A stretch of DNA of 64,000 bases from Lytechinus pictus (lineage: Eukaryota). Below, piece after piece: positions 34,701 to 49,520 of the stretch. The DNA lies in contig NC_087251.1 of NCBI RefSeq assembly GCF_037042905.1, positions 29,080,001-29,144,000 on the forward strand, in the 5' to 3' direction. The position numbers and the translations under genes are program-made. The notes below the pieces were generated by a model. That model was not told the DNA's origin, did not search any database, and saw only the letters and a program-made list of their open reading frames with translations. The stretch's first letter is position 1. Every line of letters begins with the position of its first letter.

Positions 34701-37700
34701 TTGAGCAAAATAATTTTTTTCCAAAAAAGCCCCCCTAAACCCCCCCAAACCAGCCGTCTTCGCTCCGAGGGGTCTTCTGGCATCCGAATGGGTCAATATA
34801 CAAAGAATAAAGAAGATCGATTTCAAAAAGATTTTCGGGTCTCTCGCCCCATCCACGACCTGGCCAAATTGTCAAAAATTGAGCAAAATAATTTTTTTTC
34901 CAAAAAAGCCCCCCTAAACACCCCCAAACCAGCCGTCTTCGCTCCGAGGGGTCTTCTGGCATCCGAATGGGTCAATATACAAAGAATAAAGAAGATCGGT
35001 TTCAAAAAGATTTTCGGGTCTCTCGCCCCACCCGCGACCTGGCCAAATTGTCAGAAATTGGGCAAAATAATTTTTTTCCAAAAAAGCCCCCCTAAACCCC
35101 CCCAAACCAGCCGTCTTCGCTCCGAGGGGTCTTCTGGCATCCGAATGGGTCAATATACAAAGAATAAAGAAGATCGATTTCAAAAAGATTTTCGGGTCTC
35201 TCGCCCCTCCCGCGACCTGGCCAAATTGTCAGAAATTGAGCAAAATAATTTTTTTCCAAAAAAGCCCCCCTAAACCCCCCCCAAACCAGCCGTCTTCGCT
35301 CCGAGGGGTCTTCTGGCATCCGAATGGGTCAATATACAAAGAATAAAAAAGATCGATTTCGAAAAGATTTTCGGGTCTCTCGCACTTCCCGCGACCTGGT
35401 CAAATTGTCAGAAATTGAGCAAAATAATTTTTTTCCAAAAAAGCCCCCCTAAACCCCCCCAAACCAGCCGTCTTCGCTCCGAGGGGTCTTCTGGCATCCG
35501 AATGGGTCAATATACAAAGAATAAAGAAGATCGATTTCGAAAAGATTTTCGGGTCTCTCGCCCCATCCGCGACCTGGCCAAATTGTCAAAAATTGAGCAA
35601 AATAATTTTTTTTCCAAAAAAGCCCCCCTAAACACCCCCAAACCAGCCGTCTTCGCTCCGAGGGGTCTTCTGGCATCCGAATGGGTCAATATACAAAGAA
35701 TAAAGAAGATCGATTTCAAAAAGATTTTCGGGTCTCTCGCCCCACCCGCGACCTGGCCAAATTGTCAGAAATTGGGCAAAATAATTTTTTTCCAAAAAAG
35801 CCCCCCTAAACCCCCCCAAACCAGCCGTCTTCGCTCCGAGGGGTCTTCTGGCATCCGAATGGGTCAATATACAAAGAATAAAGAAGATCGATTTCAAAAA
35901 GATTTTCGGGTCTCTCGCCCCTCCCGCGACCTGGCCAAATTGTCAGAAATTGAGCAAAATAATTTTTTTCCAAAAAAGCCCCCCTAAACCCCCCCCAAAC
36001 CAGCCGTCTTCGCTCCGAGGGGTCTTCTGGCATCCGAATGGGTCAATATACAAAGAATAAAGAAGATCGATTTCGAAAAGATTTTCGGGTCTCTCGCACT
36101 TCCCGCGACCTGGTCAAATTGTCAGAAATTGAGCAAAATAATTTTTTTCCAAAAAGGCCCCCCTAAACCCCCCCAAACCAGCCGTCTTCGCTCCGAGGGG
36201 TCTTCTGGCATCCGAATGGGTCAATATACAAAGAATAAAGAAGATCGATTTCGAAAAGATTTTCGGGTCTCTCGCCCCACCCGCGACCTGGCCAAATTGT
36301 CAGAAATTGAGCAAAATAATTTTTTTTCCAAAAAAGCCCCCCTAAACACCCCCAAACCAGCCGTCTTCGCTCCGAGGGGTCTTCTGGCATCCGAATGGGT
36401 CAATATACAAAGAATAAAGAAGATCGATTTCGAAAAGATATTCGGGTCTCTCGCCCCATCCGCGACCTGGCCAAATTGTCAGAAATTGAGCAAAATAATT
36501 TTTTTTCCAAAAAAGCCCCCCTAAACACCCCCAAACCATCCGTCTTCGCTCCGAGGGGTCTTCTGGCATCCGAATGGGTCAATATACAAAGAATAAAGAA
36601 GATCGATTTCGATAAGATTTTCGGGTCTCTCGCCCCACCCGCGACCTGGCCAAATTGTCAGAAATTGGGCAAAATAATTTTTTTCCAAAAAAGCCCCCCT
36701 AAACCCCCCAAACCAGCCGTCTTCGCTCCGAGGGGTCTTCTGGCATCCGAATGGGTCAATATACAAAGAATAAAGAAGATCGATTTCGAAAAGATTTTCG
36801 GGTCTCTCGCCCCACCCGCGACCTGGCCAAATTGTCAGAAATTGAGCAAAATAATTTTTTTCCAAAAAAGCCCCCCTAAACCCCCCCAAACCAGCCGTCT
36901 TCGCTCCGAGGGGTCTTCTGGCATCCGAATGGGTCAATATACAAAGAATAAAGAAGATCGATTTCGAAAAGATTTTCGGGTCTCTTGCCCCATCCGCGAC
37001 CTGGCCAAATTGTCAGAAATTGAGCAAAATAATTTTTTTTCCAAAAAAGCCCCCCTAAACACCCCCAAACCAGCCGTCTTCGCTCCGAGGGGTCTTCTGG
37101 CACCTGAATGGGTCAATATACAAAGAATAAAGAAGATCGATTTCGAAAAGATTTTCGGGTCTCTCGCCCCACCCGCGACCTGGCCAAATTGTCAGAAATT
37201 GGGCAAAATAATTTTTTTCCAAAAAACCCCCCTAAACCCCCCAAACCAGCCGTCTTCGCTCCGAGGGGTCTTCTGGCATCCGAATGGGTCAATATACAAA
37301 GAATAAAGAAGATCGATTTCGAAAAGATTTTCGGGTGTCTCGCCCCACCCGCGACCTGGCCAAATTGTCAGAAATTGAGCAAAATAATTTTTTTCCAAAA
37401 AAGCCCCCCTTAACCCCCCCAAACCAGCCGTCTTCGCTCCGAGGGGTCTTCTGGCATCCGAATGGGTCAATATACAAAGAATAAAGAAGATCGATTTCGA
37501 AAAGATTTTCGGGTCTCTCGCCCCATCCGCGACCTGGCCAAATTGTCAGAAATTGAGCAAAATAATTTTTTTTCCAAAAAAGCCCCCCTAAACACCCCCA
37601 AACCAGCCGTCTTCGCTCCGAGGGGTCTTCTGGCATCCGAATGGGTCAATATACAAAGAATAAAGAAGATCGATTTCGAAAAGATTTTCGGGTCTCTCGC

Positions 37701-39849
37701 CCCACCCGCGACCTGGCCAAATTGTCAGAAATTGAGCAAAATAATTTTTTTCCAAAAAAGCCCCCCTAAACCCCCCCAAACCAGCCGTCTTGCTCCGAGG
37801 GGTCTTCTGGCATCCGAATGGGTCAATATACAAAGAATAAAGAAGATCGATTTCAAAAAGATTTTCGGGTCTCTCGCCCCACCCGCGACCTGGCCAAATT
37901 GTCAGAAATTGGGCAAAATAATTTTTTTCCAAAAAAGCCCCCCTAAACCCCCCCAAACCAGCCGTCTTCGCTCCGAGGGGTCTTCTGGCATCCGAATTGG
38001 TCAATATACAAAGAATAAAGAAGATCGATTTCAAAAAGATTTCCGGGTCTCTCGCCCCTCCCGCGACCTGGCCAAATTGTCAGAAATTGAGCAAAATAAT
38101 TTTTTTCCAAAAAAGCCCCCCTAAACCCCCCCCAAACCAGCCGTCTTCGCTCCGAGGGGTCTTCTGGCATCCGAATGGGTCAATATACAAAGAATAAAGA
38201 AGATCGATTTCGAAAAGATTTTCGGGTCTCTCGCACTTCCCGCGACCTGGTCAAATTGTCAGAAATTGAGCAAAATAATTTTTTTCCAAAAAGGCCCCCC
38301 TAAACACCCCCAAACCAGCCGTCTTCGCTCCGAGGGGTCTTCTGGCATCCGAATGGGTCAATATACAAAGAATAAAGAAGATCGATTTCGAAAAGATTTT
38401 CGGGTCTCTCGCCCCACCCGCGACCTGGCCAAATTGTCAGAAATTGAGCAAAATAATTTTTTTCCAAAAAAGCCCCCCTAAACCCCCCCAAACCAGCCGT
38501 CTTCGCTCCGAGGGGTCTTCTGGCATCCGAATGGGTCAATATACAAAGAATAAAGAAGATCGATTTCGAAAAGATTTTCGGGTCTCTCGCCCCATCCGCG
38601 ACCTGGCCAAATTGTCAGAAATTGAGCAAAATAATTTTTTTTCCAAAAAAGCACCCCTAAACACCCCAAACCAGCCGTCTTCGCTCCGAGGGGTCTTCTG
38701 GCATCCGAATGGGTCAATATACAAAGAATAAAGAAGATCGATTTCGAAAAGATTTTCGGGTCTCCCGCACTTCCCGCGACCTGGTCAAATTGTCAGAAAT
38801 TGAGCAAAATAATTTTTTTCCAAAAAGGCCCCCCTAAACCCCCCCAAACCAGCCGTCTTCGCTCCGAGGGGTCTTCTGGCATCCGAATGGGTCAATATAC
38901 AAAGAATAAAGAAGATCGATTTCGAAAAGATTTTCGGGTCTCTCGCCCCACCCGCGACCTGGCCAAATTGTCAAAAATTGAGCAAAATAATTTTTTTTCC
39001 AAAAAAGCCCCCCTAAACACCCCCAAACCAGCCGTCTTCGCTCCGAGGGGTCTTCTGGCATCCGAATGGGTCAATATACAAAGAATAAAGAAGATCGATT
39101 TCGAAAAGATTTTCGGGTCTCTCGCCCCACCCGCGACCTGGCCAAATTGTCAAAAATTGAGCAAAATAATTTTTTTTCCAAAAAAGCCCCCCTAAACCCC
39201 CCAAAACCAGCCGTCTTCGCTCCGAGGGGTCTTCTGGCATCCGAATGGGTCAATATACAAAGAATAAAGAAGATCGGTTTCAAAAAGATTTTCGGGTCTC
39301 TCGCCCCACCCGCGACCTGGCCAAATTGTCAGAAATTGGGCAAAATAATTTTTTTCCAAAAAAGCCCCCCTAAACCCCCCCAAACCAGCCGTCTTCGCTC
39401 CGAGGGGTCTTCTGGCATCCGAATGGGTCAATATACAAAGAATAAAGAAGATCGATTTCAAAAAGATTTTCGGGTCTCTCGCCCCTCCCGCGACCTGGCC
39501 AAATTGTCAGAAATTGAGCAAAATAATTTTTTTCCAAAAAAGCCCCCCTAAACCCCCCCCAAACCAGCCGTCTTCGCTCCGAGGGGTCTTCTGGCATCCG
39601 AATGGGTCAATATACAAAGAATAAAGAAGATCGATTTCAAAAAGATTTTCGGGTCTCTCGCCCCACCCGCGACCTGGCCAAATTGTCAGAAATTGGGCAA
39701 AATAATTTTTTTCCAAAAAAGCCCCCCTAAACCCCCCCAAACCAGCCGTCTTCGCTCCGAGGGGTCTTCTGGCATCCGAATGGGTCAATATACAAAGAAT
39801 AAAGAAGATCGATTTCAAAAAGATTTTCGGGTCTCTCGCCCCTCCCGCG

Positions 39850-42800
39850 ACCTGGCCAAATTGTCAGAAATTGAGCAAAATAATTTTTTTCCAAAAAAGC
39901 CCCCCTAAACACCCCCAAACCAGCCGTCTTCGCTCCGAGGGGTCTTCTGGCATCCGAATGGGTCAATATACAAAGAATAAAGAAGATCGATTTCAAAAAG
40001 ATTTTCTGGTCTCTCGCCCCACCCGCGACCTGGCCAAATTGTCAGAAATTGGGCAAAATAATTTTTTTCCAAAAAAGCCCCCCTAAACCCCCCCAAACCA
40101 GCCGTCTCGATCCGAGGGGTCTTCTGGCATCCGAATGGGTCAATATACAAAGAATAAAGAAGATCGATTTCAAAAAGATTTTCGGGTCTCTCGCCCCTCC
40201 CGCGACCTGGCCAAATTGTCAGAAATTGAGCAAAATAATTTTTTTCCAAAAAAGCCCCCCTAAACCCCCCCAAACCAGCCGTCTTCGCTCCGAGGGGTCT
40301 TCTGGCATCCGAATGGGTCAATATACAAAGAATAAAGAAGATCGATTTCGAAAAGATTTTCGGGTCTCTCGCCCCATCCGCGACCTGGCCAAATTGTCAA
40401 AAATTGAGCAAAATAATTTTTTTTCCAAAAAAGCCCCCCTAAACACCCCCAAACCAGCCGTCTTCGCTCCGAGGGGTCTTCTGGCATCCGAATGGGTCAA
40501 TATACAAAGAATAAAGAAGATCGATTTCAAAAAGATTTTCGGGTCTCTCGCCCCACCCGCGACCTGGCCAAATTGTCAGAAATTGGGCAAAATAATTTTT
40601 TTCCAAAAAAGCCCCCCTAAACCCCCCCAAACCAGCCGTCTTCGCTCCGAGGGGTCTTCTGGCATCCGAATGGGTCAATATACAAAGAATAAAGAAGATC
40701 GATTTCAAAAAGATTTTCGGGTCTCTCGCCCCTCCCGCGACCTGGCCAAATTGTCAGAAATTGAGCAAAATAATTTTTTTCCAAAAAAGCCCCCCTAAAC
40801 CCCCCCCAAACCAGCCGTCTTCGCTCCGAGGGGTCTTCTGGCATCCGAATGGGTCAATATACAAAGAATAAAGAAGATCGATTTCGAAAAGATTTTCGGG
40901 TCTCTCGCACTTCCCGCGACCTGGTCAAATTGTCAGAAATTGAGCAAAATAATTTTTTTCCAAAAAGGCCCCCCTAAACCCCCCCAAACCAGCCGTCTTC
41001 GCTCCGAGGGGTCTTCTGGCATCCGAATGGGTCAATATACAAAGAATAAAGAAGATCGATTTCGAAAAGATATTCGGGTCTCTCGCCTCATCCGCGACCT
41101 GGCCAAATTGTCAGAAATTGAGCAAAATAATTTTTTTTCCAAAAAAGCCCCCCTAAACACCCCCAAACCATCCGTCTTCGCTCCGAGGGGTCTTCTGGCA
41201 TCCGAATGGGTCAATATACAAAGAATAAAGAAGATCGATTTCGATAAGATTTTCGGGTCTCTCGCCCCACCCGCGACCTGGCCAAATTGTCAGAAATTGG
41301 GCAAAATAATTTTTTTCCAAAAAAGCCCCCCTAAACCCCCCAAACCAGCCGTCTTCGCTCCGAGGGGTCTTCTGGCATCCGAATGGGTCAATATACAAAG
41401 AATAAAGAAGATCGATTTCGAAAAGATTTTCGGGTCTCTCGCCCCACCCGCGACCTGGCCAAATTGTCAGAAATTGAGCAAAATAATTTTTTTCCAAAAA
41501 AGCCCCCCTAAACCCCCCCAAACCAGCCGTCTTCGCTCCGAGGGGTCTTCTGGCATCCGAATGGGTCAATATACAAAGAATAAAGAAGATCGATTTCGAA
41601 AAGATTTTCGGGTCTCTCGCCCCATCCGCGACCTGGCCAAATTGTCAGAAATTGAGCAAAATAATTTTTTTTCCAAAAAAGCCCCCCTAAACACCCCCAA
41701 ACCAGCCGTCTTCGCTCCGAGGGGTCTTCTGGCACCTGAATGGGTCAATATACAAAGAATAAAGAAGATCGATTTCGAAAAGATTTTCGGGTCTCTCGCC
41801 CCACCCGCGACCTGGCCAAATTGTCAGAAATTGGGCAAAATAATTTTTTTCCAAAAAACCCCCCTAAACCCCCCAAACCAGCCGTCTTCGCTCCGAGGGG
41901 TCTTCTGGCATCCGAATGGGTCAATATACAAAGAATAAAGAAGATCGATTTCGAAAAGATTTTCGGGTCTCTCGCCCCACCCGCGACCTGGCCAAATTGT
42001 CAGAAATTGAGCAAAATAATTTTTTTCCAAAAAAGCCCCCCTTAACCCCCCCAAACCAGCCGTCTTCGCTCCGAGGGGTCTTCTGGCATCCGAATGGGTC
42101 AATATACAAAGAATAAAGAAGATCGATTTCGAAAAGATTTTCGGGTCTCTCGCCCCATCCGCGACCTGGCCAAATTGTCAGAAATTGAGCAAAATAATTT
42201 TTTTTCCAAAAAAGCCCCCCTAAACACCCCCAAACCAGCCGTCTTCGCTCCGAGGGGTCTTCTGGCATCCGAATGGGTCAATATACAAAGAATAAAGAAG
42301 ATCGATTTCGAAAAGATTTTCGGGTCTCTCGCCCCACCCGCGACCTGGCCAAATTGTCAGAAATTGAGCAAAATAATTTTTTTCCAAAAAAGCCCCCCTA
42401 AACCCCCCCAAACCAGCCGTCTTCGCTCCGAGGGGTCTTCTGGCATCCGAATGGGTCAATATACAAAGAATAAAGAAGATCGATTTCGAAAAGATTTTCG
42501 GGTCTCTCGCCCCATCCGCGACCTGGCCAAATTGTCAGAAATTGAGCAAAATAATTTTTTTTCCAAAAAAGCCCCCCTAAACACCCCCAAACCAGCCGTC
42601 TTCGCTCCGAGGGGTCTTCTGGCACCTGAATGGGTCAATATACAAAGAATAAAGAAGATCGATTTCGAAAAGATTTTCGGGTCTCTCGCCCCACCCGCGA
42701 CCTGGCCAAATTGTCAGAAATTGGGCAAAATAATTTTTTTCCAAAAAACCCCCCTAAACCCCCCAAACCAGCCGTCTTCGCTCCGAGGGGTCTTCTGGCA

Positions 42801-45800
42801 TCCGAATGGGTCAATATACAAAGAATAAAGAAGATCGATTTCGAAAAGATTTTCGGGTCTCTCGCCCCACCCGCGACCTGGCCAAATTGTCAGAAATTGA
42901 GCAAAATAATTTTTTTCCAAAAAAGCCCCCCTTAACCCCCCCAAACCAGCCGTCTTCGCTCCGAGGGGTCTTCTGGCATCCGAATGGGTCAATATACAAA
43001 GAATAAAGAAGATCGATTTCGAAAAGATTTTCGGGTCTCTCGCCCCATCCGCGACCTGGCCAAATTGTCAGAAATTGAGCAAAATAATTTTTTTTCCAAA
43101 AAAGCCCCCCTAAACACCCCCAAACCAGCCGTCTTCGCTCCGAGGGGTCTTCTGGCATCCGAATGGGTCAATATACAAAGAATAAAGAAGATCGATTTCG
43201 AAAAGATTTTCGGGTCTCTCGCCCCACCCGCGACCTGGCCAAATTGTCAGAAATTGAGCAAAATAATTTTTTTCCAAAAAAGCCCCCCTAAACCCCCCCA
43301 AACCAGCCGTCTTGCTCCGAGGGGTCTTCTGGCATCCGAATGGGTCAATATACAAAGAATAAAGAAGATCGATTTCAAAAAGATTTTCGGGTCTCTCGCC
43401 CCACCCGCGACCTGGCCAAATTGTCAGAAATTGGGCAAAATAATTTTTTTCCAAAAAAGCCCCCCTAAACCCCCCCAAACCAGCCGTCTTCGCTCCGAGG
43501 GGTCTTCTGGCATCCGAATTGGTCAATATACAAAGAATAAAGAAGATCGATTTCAAAAAGATTTCCGGGTCTCTCGCCCCTCCCGCGACCTGGCCAAATT
43601 GTCAGAAATTGAGCAAAATAATTTTTTTCCAAAAAAGCCCCCCTAAACCCCCCCCAAACCAGCCGTCTTCGCTCCGAGGGGTCTTCTGGCATCCGAATGG
43701 GTCAATATACAAAGAATAAAGAAGATCGATTTCGAAAAGATTTTCGGGTCTCTCGCACTTCCCGCGACCTGGTCAAATTGTCAGAAATTGAGCAAAATAA
43801 TTTTTTTCCAAAAAGGCCCCCCTAAACCCCCCCAAACCAGCCGTCTTCGCTCCGAGGGGTCTTCTGGCATCCGAATGGGTCAATATACAAAGAATAAAGA
43901 AGATCGATTTCGAAAAGATTTTCGGGTCTCTCGCCCCACCCGCGACCTGGCCAAATTGTCAGAAATTGAGCAAAATAATTTTTTTTCCAAAAAAGCCCCC
44001 CTAAACACCCCCAAACCAGCCGTCTTCGCTCCGAGGGGTCTTCTGGCATCCGAATGGGTCAATATACAAAGAATAAAGAAGATCGATTTCGAAAAGATTT
44101 TCGGGTCTCTCGCCCCACCCGCGACCTGGCCAAATTGTCAGAAATTGAGCAAAATAATTTTTTTCCAAAAAAGCCCCCCTAAACCCCCCCAAACCAGCCG
44201 TCTTCGCTCCGAGGGGTCTTCTGGCATCCGAATGGGTCAATATACAAAGAATAAAGAAGATCGATTTCGAAAAGATTTTCGGGTCTCTCGCCCCATCCGC
44301 GACCTGGCCAAATTGTCAGAAATTGAGCAAAATAATTTTTTTTCCAAAAAAGCACCCCTAAACACCCCAAACCAGCCGTCTTCGCTCCGAGGGGTCTTCT
44401 GGCATCCGAATGGGTCAATATACAAAGAATAAAGAAGATCGATTTCGAAAAGATTTTCGGGTCTCTCGCACTTCCCGCGACCTGGTCAAATTGTCAGAAA
44501 TTGAGCAAAATAATTTTTTTCCAAAAAGGCCCCCCTAAACCCCCCCAAACCAGCCGTCTTCGCTCCGAGGGGTCTTCTGGCATCCGAATGGGTCAATATA
44601 CAAAGAATAAAGAAGATCGATTTCGAAAAGATTTTCGGGTCTCTCGCCCCACCCGCGACCTGGCCAAATTGTCAAAAATTGAGCAAAATAATTTTTTTCC
44701 AAAAAAGCCCCCCTAAACACCCCCAAACCAGCCGTCTTCGCTCCGAGGGGTCTTCTGGCATCCGAATGGGTCAATATACAAAGAATAAAGAAGATCGATT
44801 TCAAAAAGATTTTCTGGTCTCTCGCCCCACCCGCGACCTGGCCAAATTGTCAGAAATTGGGCAAAATAATTTTTTTCCAAAAAAGCCCCCCTAAACCCCC
44901 CCAAACCAGCCGTCTCGATCCGAGGGGTCTTCTGGCATCCGAATGGGTCAATATACAAAGAATAAAGAAGATCGATTTCAAAAAGATTTTCGGGTCTCTC
45001 GCCCCTCCCGCGACCTGGCCAAATTGTCAGAAATTGAGCAAAATAATTTTTTTCCAAAAAAGCCCCCCTAAACCCCCCCAAACCAGCCGTCTTCGCTCCG
45101 AGGGGTCTTCTGGCATCCGAATGGGTCAATATACAAAGAATAAAGAAGATCGATTTCGAAAAGATTTTCGGGTCTCTCGCCCCATCCGCGACCTGGCCAA
45201 ATTGTCAAAAATTGAGCAAAATAATTTTTTTTCCAAAAAAGCCCCCCTAAACACCCCCAAACCAGCCGTCTTCGCTCCGAGGGGTCTTCTGGCATCCGAA
45301 TGGGTCAATATACAAAGAATAAAGAAGATCGATTTCAAAAAGATTTTCGGGTCTCTCGCCCCACCCGCGACCTGGCCAAATTGTCAGAAATTGGGCAAAA
45401 TAATTTTTTTCCAAAAAAGCCCCCCTAAACCCCCCCAAACCAGCCGTCTTCGCTCCGAGGGGTCTTCTGGCATCCGAATGGGTCAATATACAAAGAATAA
45501 AGAAGATCGATTTCAAAAAGATTTTCGGGTCTCTCGCCCCTCCCGCGACCTGGCCAAATTGTCAGAAATTGAGCAAAATAATTTTTTTCCAAAAAAGCCC
45601 CCCTAAACCCCCCCCAAACCAGCCGTCTTCGCTCCGAGGGGTCTTCTGGCATCCGAATGGGTCAATATACAAAGAATAAAGAAGATCGATTTCGAAAAGA
45701 TTTTCGGGTCTCTCGCACTTCCCGCGACCTGGTCAAATTGTCAGAAATTGAGCAAAATAATTTTTTTCCAAAAAGGCCCCCCTAAACCCCCCCAAACCAG

Positions 45801-48800
45801 CCGTCTTCGCTCCGAGGGGTCTTCTGGCATCCGAATGGGTCAATATACAAAGAATAAAGAAGATCGATTTCGAAAAGATATTCGGGTCTCTCGCCTCATC
45901 CGCGACCTGGCCAAATTGTCAGAAATTGAGCAAAATAATTTTTTTTCCAAAAAAGCCCCCCTAAACACCCCCAAACCATCCGTCTTCGCTCCGAGGGGTC
46001 TTCTGGCATCCGAATGGGTCAATATACAAAGAATAAAGAAGATCGATTTCGATAAGATTTTCGGGTCTCTCGCCCCACCCGCGACCTGGCCAAATTGTCA
46101 GAAATTGGGCAAAATAATTTTTTTCCAAAAAAGCCCCCCTAAACCCCCCAAACCAGCCGTCTTCGCTCCGAGGGGTCTTCTGGCATCCGAATGGGTCAAT
46201 ATACAAAGAATAAAGAAGATCGATTTCGAAAAGATTTTCGGGTCTCTCGCCCCACCCGCGACCTGGCCAAATTGTCAGAAATTGAGCAAAATAATTTTTT
46301 TCCAAAAAAGCCCCCCTAAACCCCCCCAAACCAGCCGTCTTCGCTCCGAGGGGTCTTCTGGCATCCGAATGGGTCAATATACAAAGAATAAAGAAGATCG
46401 ATTTCGAAAAGATTTTCGGGTCTCTCGCCCCATCCGCGACCTGGCCAAATTGTCAGAAATTGAGCAAAATAATTTTTTTTCCAAAAAAGCCCCCCTAAAC
46501 ACCCCCAAACCAGCCGTCTTCGCTCCGAGGGGTCTTCTGGCACCTGAATGGGTCAATATACAAAGAATAAAGAAGATCGATTTCGAAAAGATTTTCGGGT
46601 CTCTCGCCCCACCCGCGACCTGGCCAAATTGTCAGAAATTGGGCAAAATAATTTTTTTCCAAAAAACCCCCCTAAACCCCCCAAACCAGCCGTCTTCGCT
46701 CCGAGGGGTCTTCTGGCATCCGAATGGGTCAATATACAAAGAATAAAGAAGATCGATTTCGAAAAGATTTTCGGGTCTCTCGCCCCACCCGCGACCTGGC
46801 CAAATTGTCAGAAATTGAGCAAAATAATTTTTTTCCAAAAAAGCCCCCCTTAACCCCCCCAAACCAGCCGTCTTCGCTCCGAGGGGTCTTCTGGCATCCG
46901 AATGGGTCAATATACAAAGAATAAAGAAGATCGATTTCGAAAAGATTTTCGGGTCTCTCGCCCCATCCGCGACCTGGCCAAATTGTCAGAAATTGAGCAA
47001 AATAATTTTTTTTCCAAAAAAGCCCCCCTAAACACCCCCAAACCAGCCGTCTTCGCTCCGAGGGGTCTTCTGGCATCCGAATGGGTCAATATACAAAGAA
47101 TAAAGAAGATCGATTTCGAAAAGATTTTCGGGTCTCTCGCCCCACCCGCGACCTGGCCAAATTGTCAGAAATTGAGCAAAATAATTTTTTTCCAAAAAAG
47201 CCCCCCTAAACCCCCCCAAACCAGCCGTCTTGCTCCGAGGGGTCTTCTGGCATCCGAATGGGTCAATATACAAAGAATAAAGAAGATCGATTTCGAAAAG
47301 ATTTTCGGGTCTCTCGCCCCATCCGCGACCTGGCCAAATTGTCAGAAATTGAGCAAAATAATTTTTTTTCCAAAAAAGCCCCCCTAAACACCCCCAAACC
47401 AGCCGTCTTCGCTCCGAGGGGTCTTCTGGCACCTGAATGGGTCAATATACAAAGAATAAAGAAGATCGATTTCGAAAAGATTTTCGGGTCTCTCGCCCCA
47501 CCCGCGACCTGGCCAAATTGTCAGAAATTGGGCAAAATAATTTTTTTCCAAAAAACCCCCCTAAACCCCCCAAACCAGCCGTCTTCGCTCCGAGGGGTCT
47601 TCTGGCATCCGAATGGGTCAATATACAAAGAATAAAGAAGATCGATTTCGAAAAGATTTTCGGGTCTCTCGCCCCACCCGCGACCTGGCCAAATTGTCAG
47701 AAATTGAGCAAAATAATTTTTTTCCAAAAAAGCCCCCCTTAACCCCCCCAAACCAGCCGTCTTCGCTCCGAGGGGTCTTCTGGCATCCGAATGGGTCAAT
47801 ATACAAAGAATAAAGAAGATCGATTTCGAAAAGATTTTCGGGTCTCTCGCCCCATCCGCGACCTGGCCAAATTGTCAGAAATTGAGCAAAATAATTTTTT
47901 TTCCAAAAAAGCCCCCCTAAACACCCCCAAACCAGCCGTCTTCGCTCCGAGGGGTCTTCTGGCATCCGAATGGGTCAATATACAAAGAATAAAGAAGATC
48001 GATTTCGAAAAGATTTTCGGGTCTCTCGCCCCACCCGCGACCTGGCCAAATTGTCAGAAATTGAGCAAAATAATTTTTTTCCAAAAAAGCCCCCCTAAAC
48101 CCCCCCAAACCAGCCGTCTTGCTCCGAGGGGTCTTCTGGCATCCGAATGGGTCAATATACAAAGAATAAAGAAGATCGATTTCAAAAAGATTTTCGGGTC
48201 TCTCGCCCCACCCGCGACCTGGCCAAATTGTCAGAAATTGGGCAAAATAATTTTTTTCCAAAAAAGCCCCCCTAAACCCCCCCAAACCAGCCGTCTTCGC
48301 TCCGAGGGGTCTTCTGGCATCCGAATTGGTCAATATACAAAGAATAAAGAAGATCGATTTCAAAAAGATTTCCGGGTCTCTCGCCCCTCCCGCGACCTGG
48401 CCAAATTGTCAGAAATTGAGCAAAATAATTTTTTTCCAAAAAAGCCCCCCTAAACCCCCCCCAAACCAGCCGTCTTCGCTCCGAGGGGTCTTCTGGCATC
48501 CGAATGGGTCAATATACAAAGAATAAAGAAGATCGATTTCGAAAAGATTTTCGGGTCTCTCGCACTTCCCGCGACCTGGTCAAATTGTCAGAAATTGAGC
48601 AAAATAATTTTTTTCCAAAAAGGCCCCCCTAAACCCCCCCAAACCAGCCGTCTTCGCTCCGAGGGGTCTTCTGGCATCCGAATGGGTCAATATACAAAGA
48701 ATAAAGAAGATCGATTTCGAAAAGATTTTCGGGTCTCTCGCCCCACCCGCGACCTGGCCAAATTGTCAGAAATTGAGCAAAATAATTTTTTTTCCAAAAA

Positions 48801-49520
48801 AGCCCCCCTAAACACCCCCAAACCAGCCGTCTTCGCTCCGAGGGGTCTTCTGGCATCCGAATGGGTCAATATACAAAGAATAAAGAAGATCGATTTCGAA
48901 AAGATTTTCGGGTCTCTCGCCCCACCCGCGACCTGGCCAAATTGTCAGAAATTGAGCAAAATAATTTTTTTCCAAAAAAGCCCCCCTAAACCCCCCCAAA
49001 CCAGCCGTCTTCGCTCCGAGGGGTCTTCTGGCATCCGAATGGGTCAATATACAAAGAATAAAGAAGATCGATTTCGAAAAGATTTTCGGGTCTCTCGCCC
49101 CATCCGCGACCTGGCCAAATTGTCAGAAATTGAGCAAAATAATTTTTTTTCCAAAAAAGCACCCCTAAACACCCCAAACCAGCCGTCTTCGCTCCGAGGG
49201 GTCTTCTGGCATCCGAATGGGTCAATATACAAAGAATAAAGAAGATCGATTTCGAAAAGATTTTCGGGTCTCTCGCACTTCCCGCGACCTGGTCAAATTG
49301 TCAGAAATTGAGCAAAATAATTTTTTTCCAAAAAGGCCCCCCTAAACCCCCCCAAACCAGCCGTCTTCGCTCCGAGGGGTCTTCTGGCATCCGAATGGGT
49401 CAATATACAAAGAATAAAGAAGATCGATTTCGAAAAGATTTTCGGGTCTCTCGCCCCACCCGCGACCTGGCCAAATTGTCAAAAATTGAGCAAAATAATT
49501 TTTTTCCAAAAAAGCCCCCC
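39850..49520. repeat. 27-monomer (4807-4808 bp) tandem duplication
   Basis: Private variants TTTTCTGGT at 40007/44815, GTCTCGATCC at ~40106/44914 and CGCCTCATC at 41088/45896. Identical ORFs 40049/44857, 40940/45748 and 43788/48595. Confidence 0.92.
41450..43300. repeat. 5-monomer (889-890 bp) local tandem duplication, carried along at ~46.3-48.1 kb and ~51.8-53.6 kb
   Basis: CACCTGAA / AAAAAACCCCCC / CTTAACC trio repeated. ORFs 41740/42630, 46548/47437 and 52069/52958. Confidence 0.85.
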
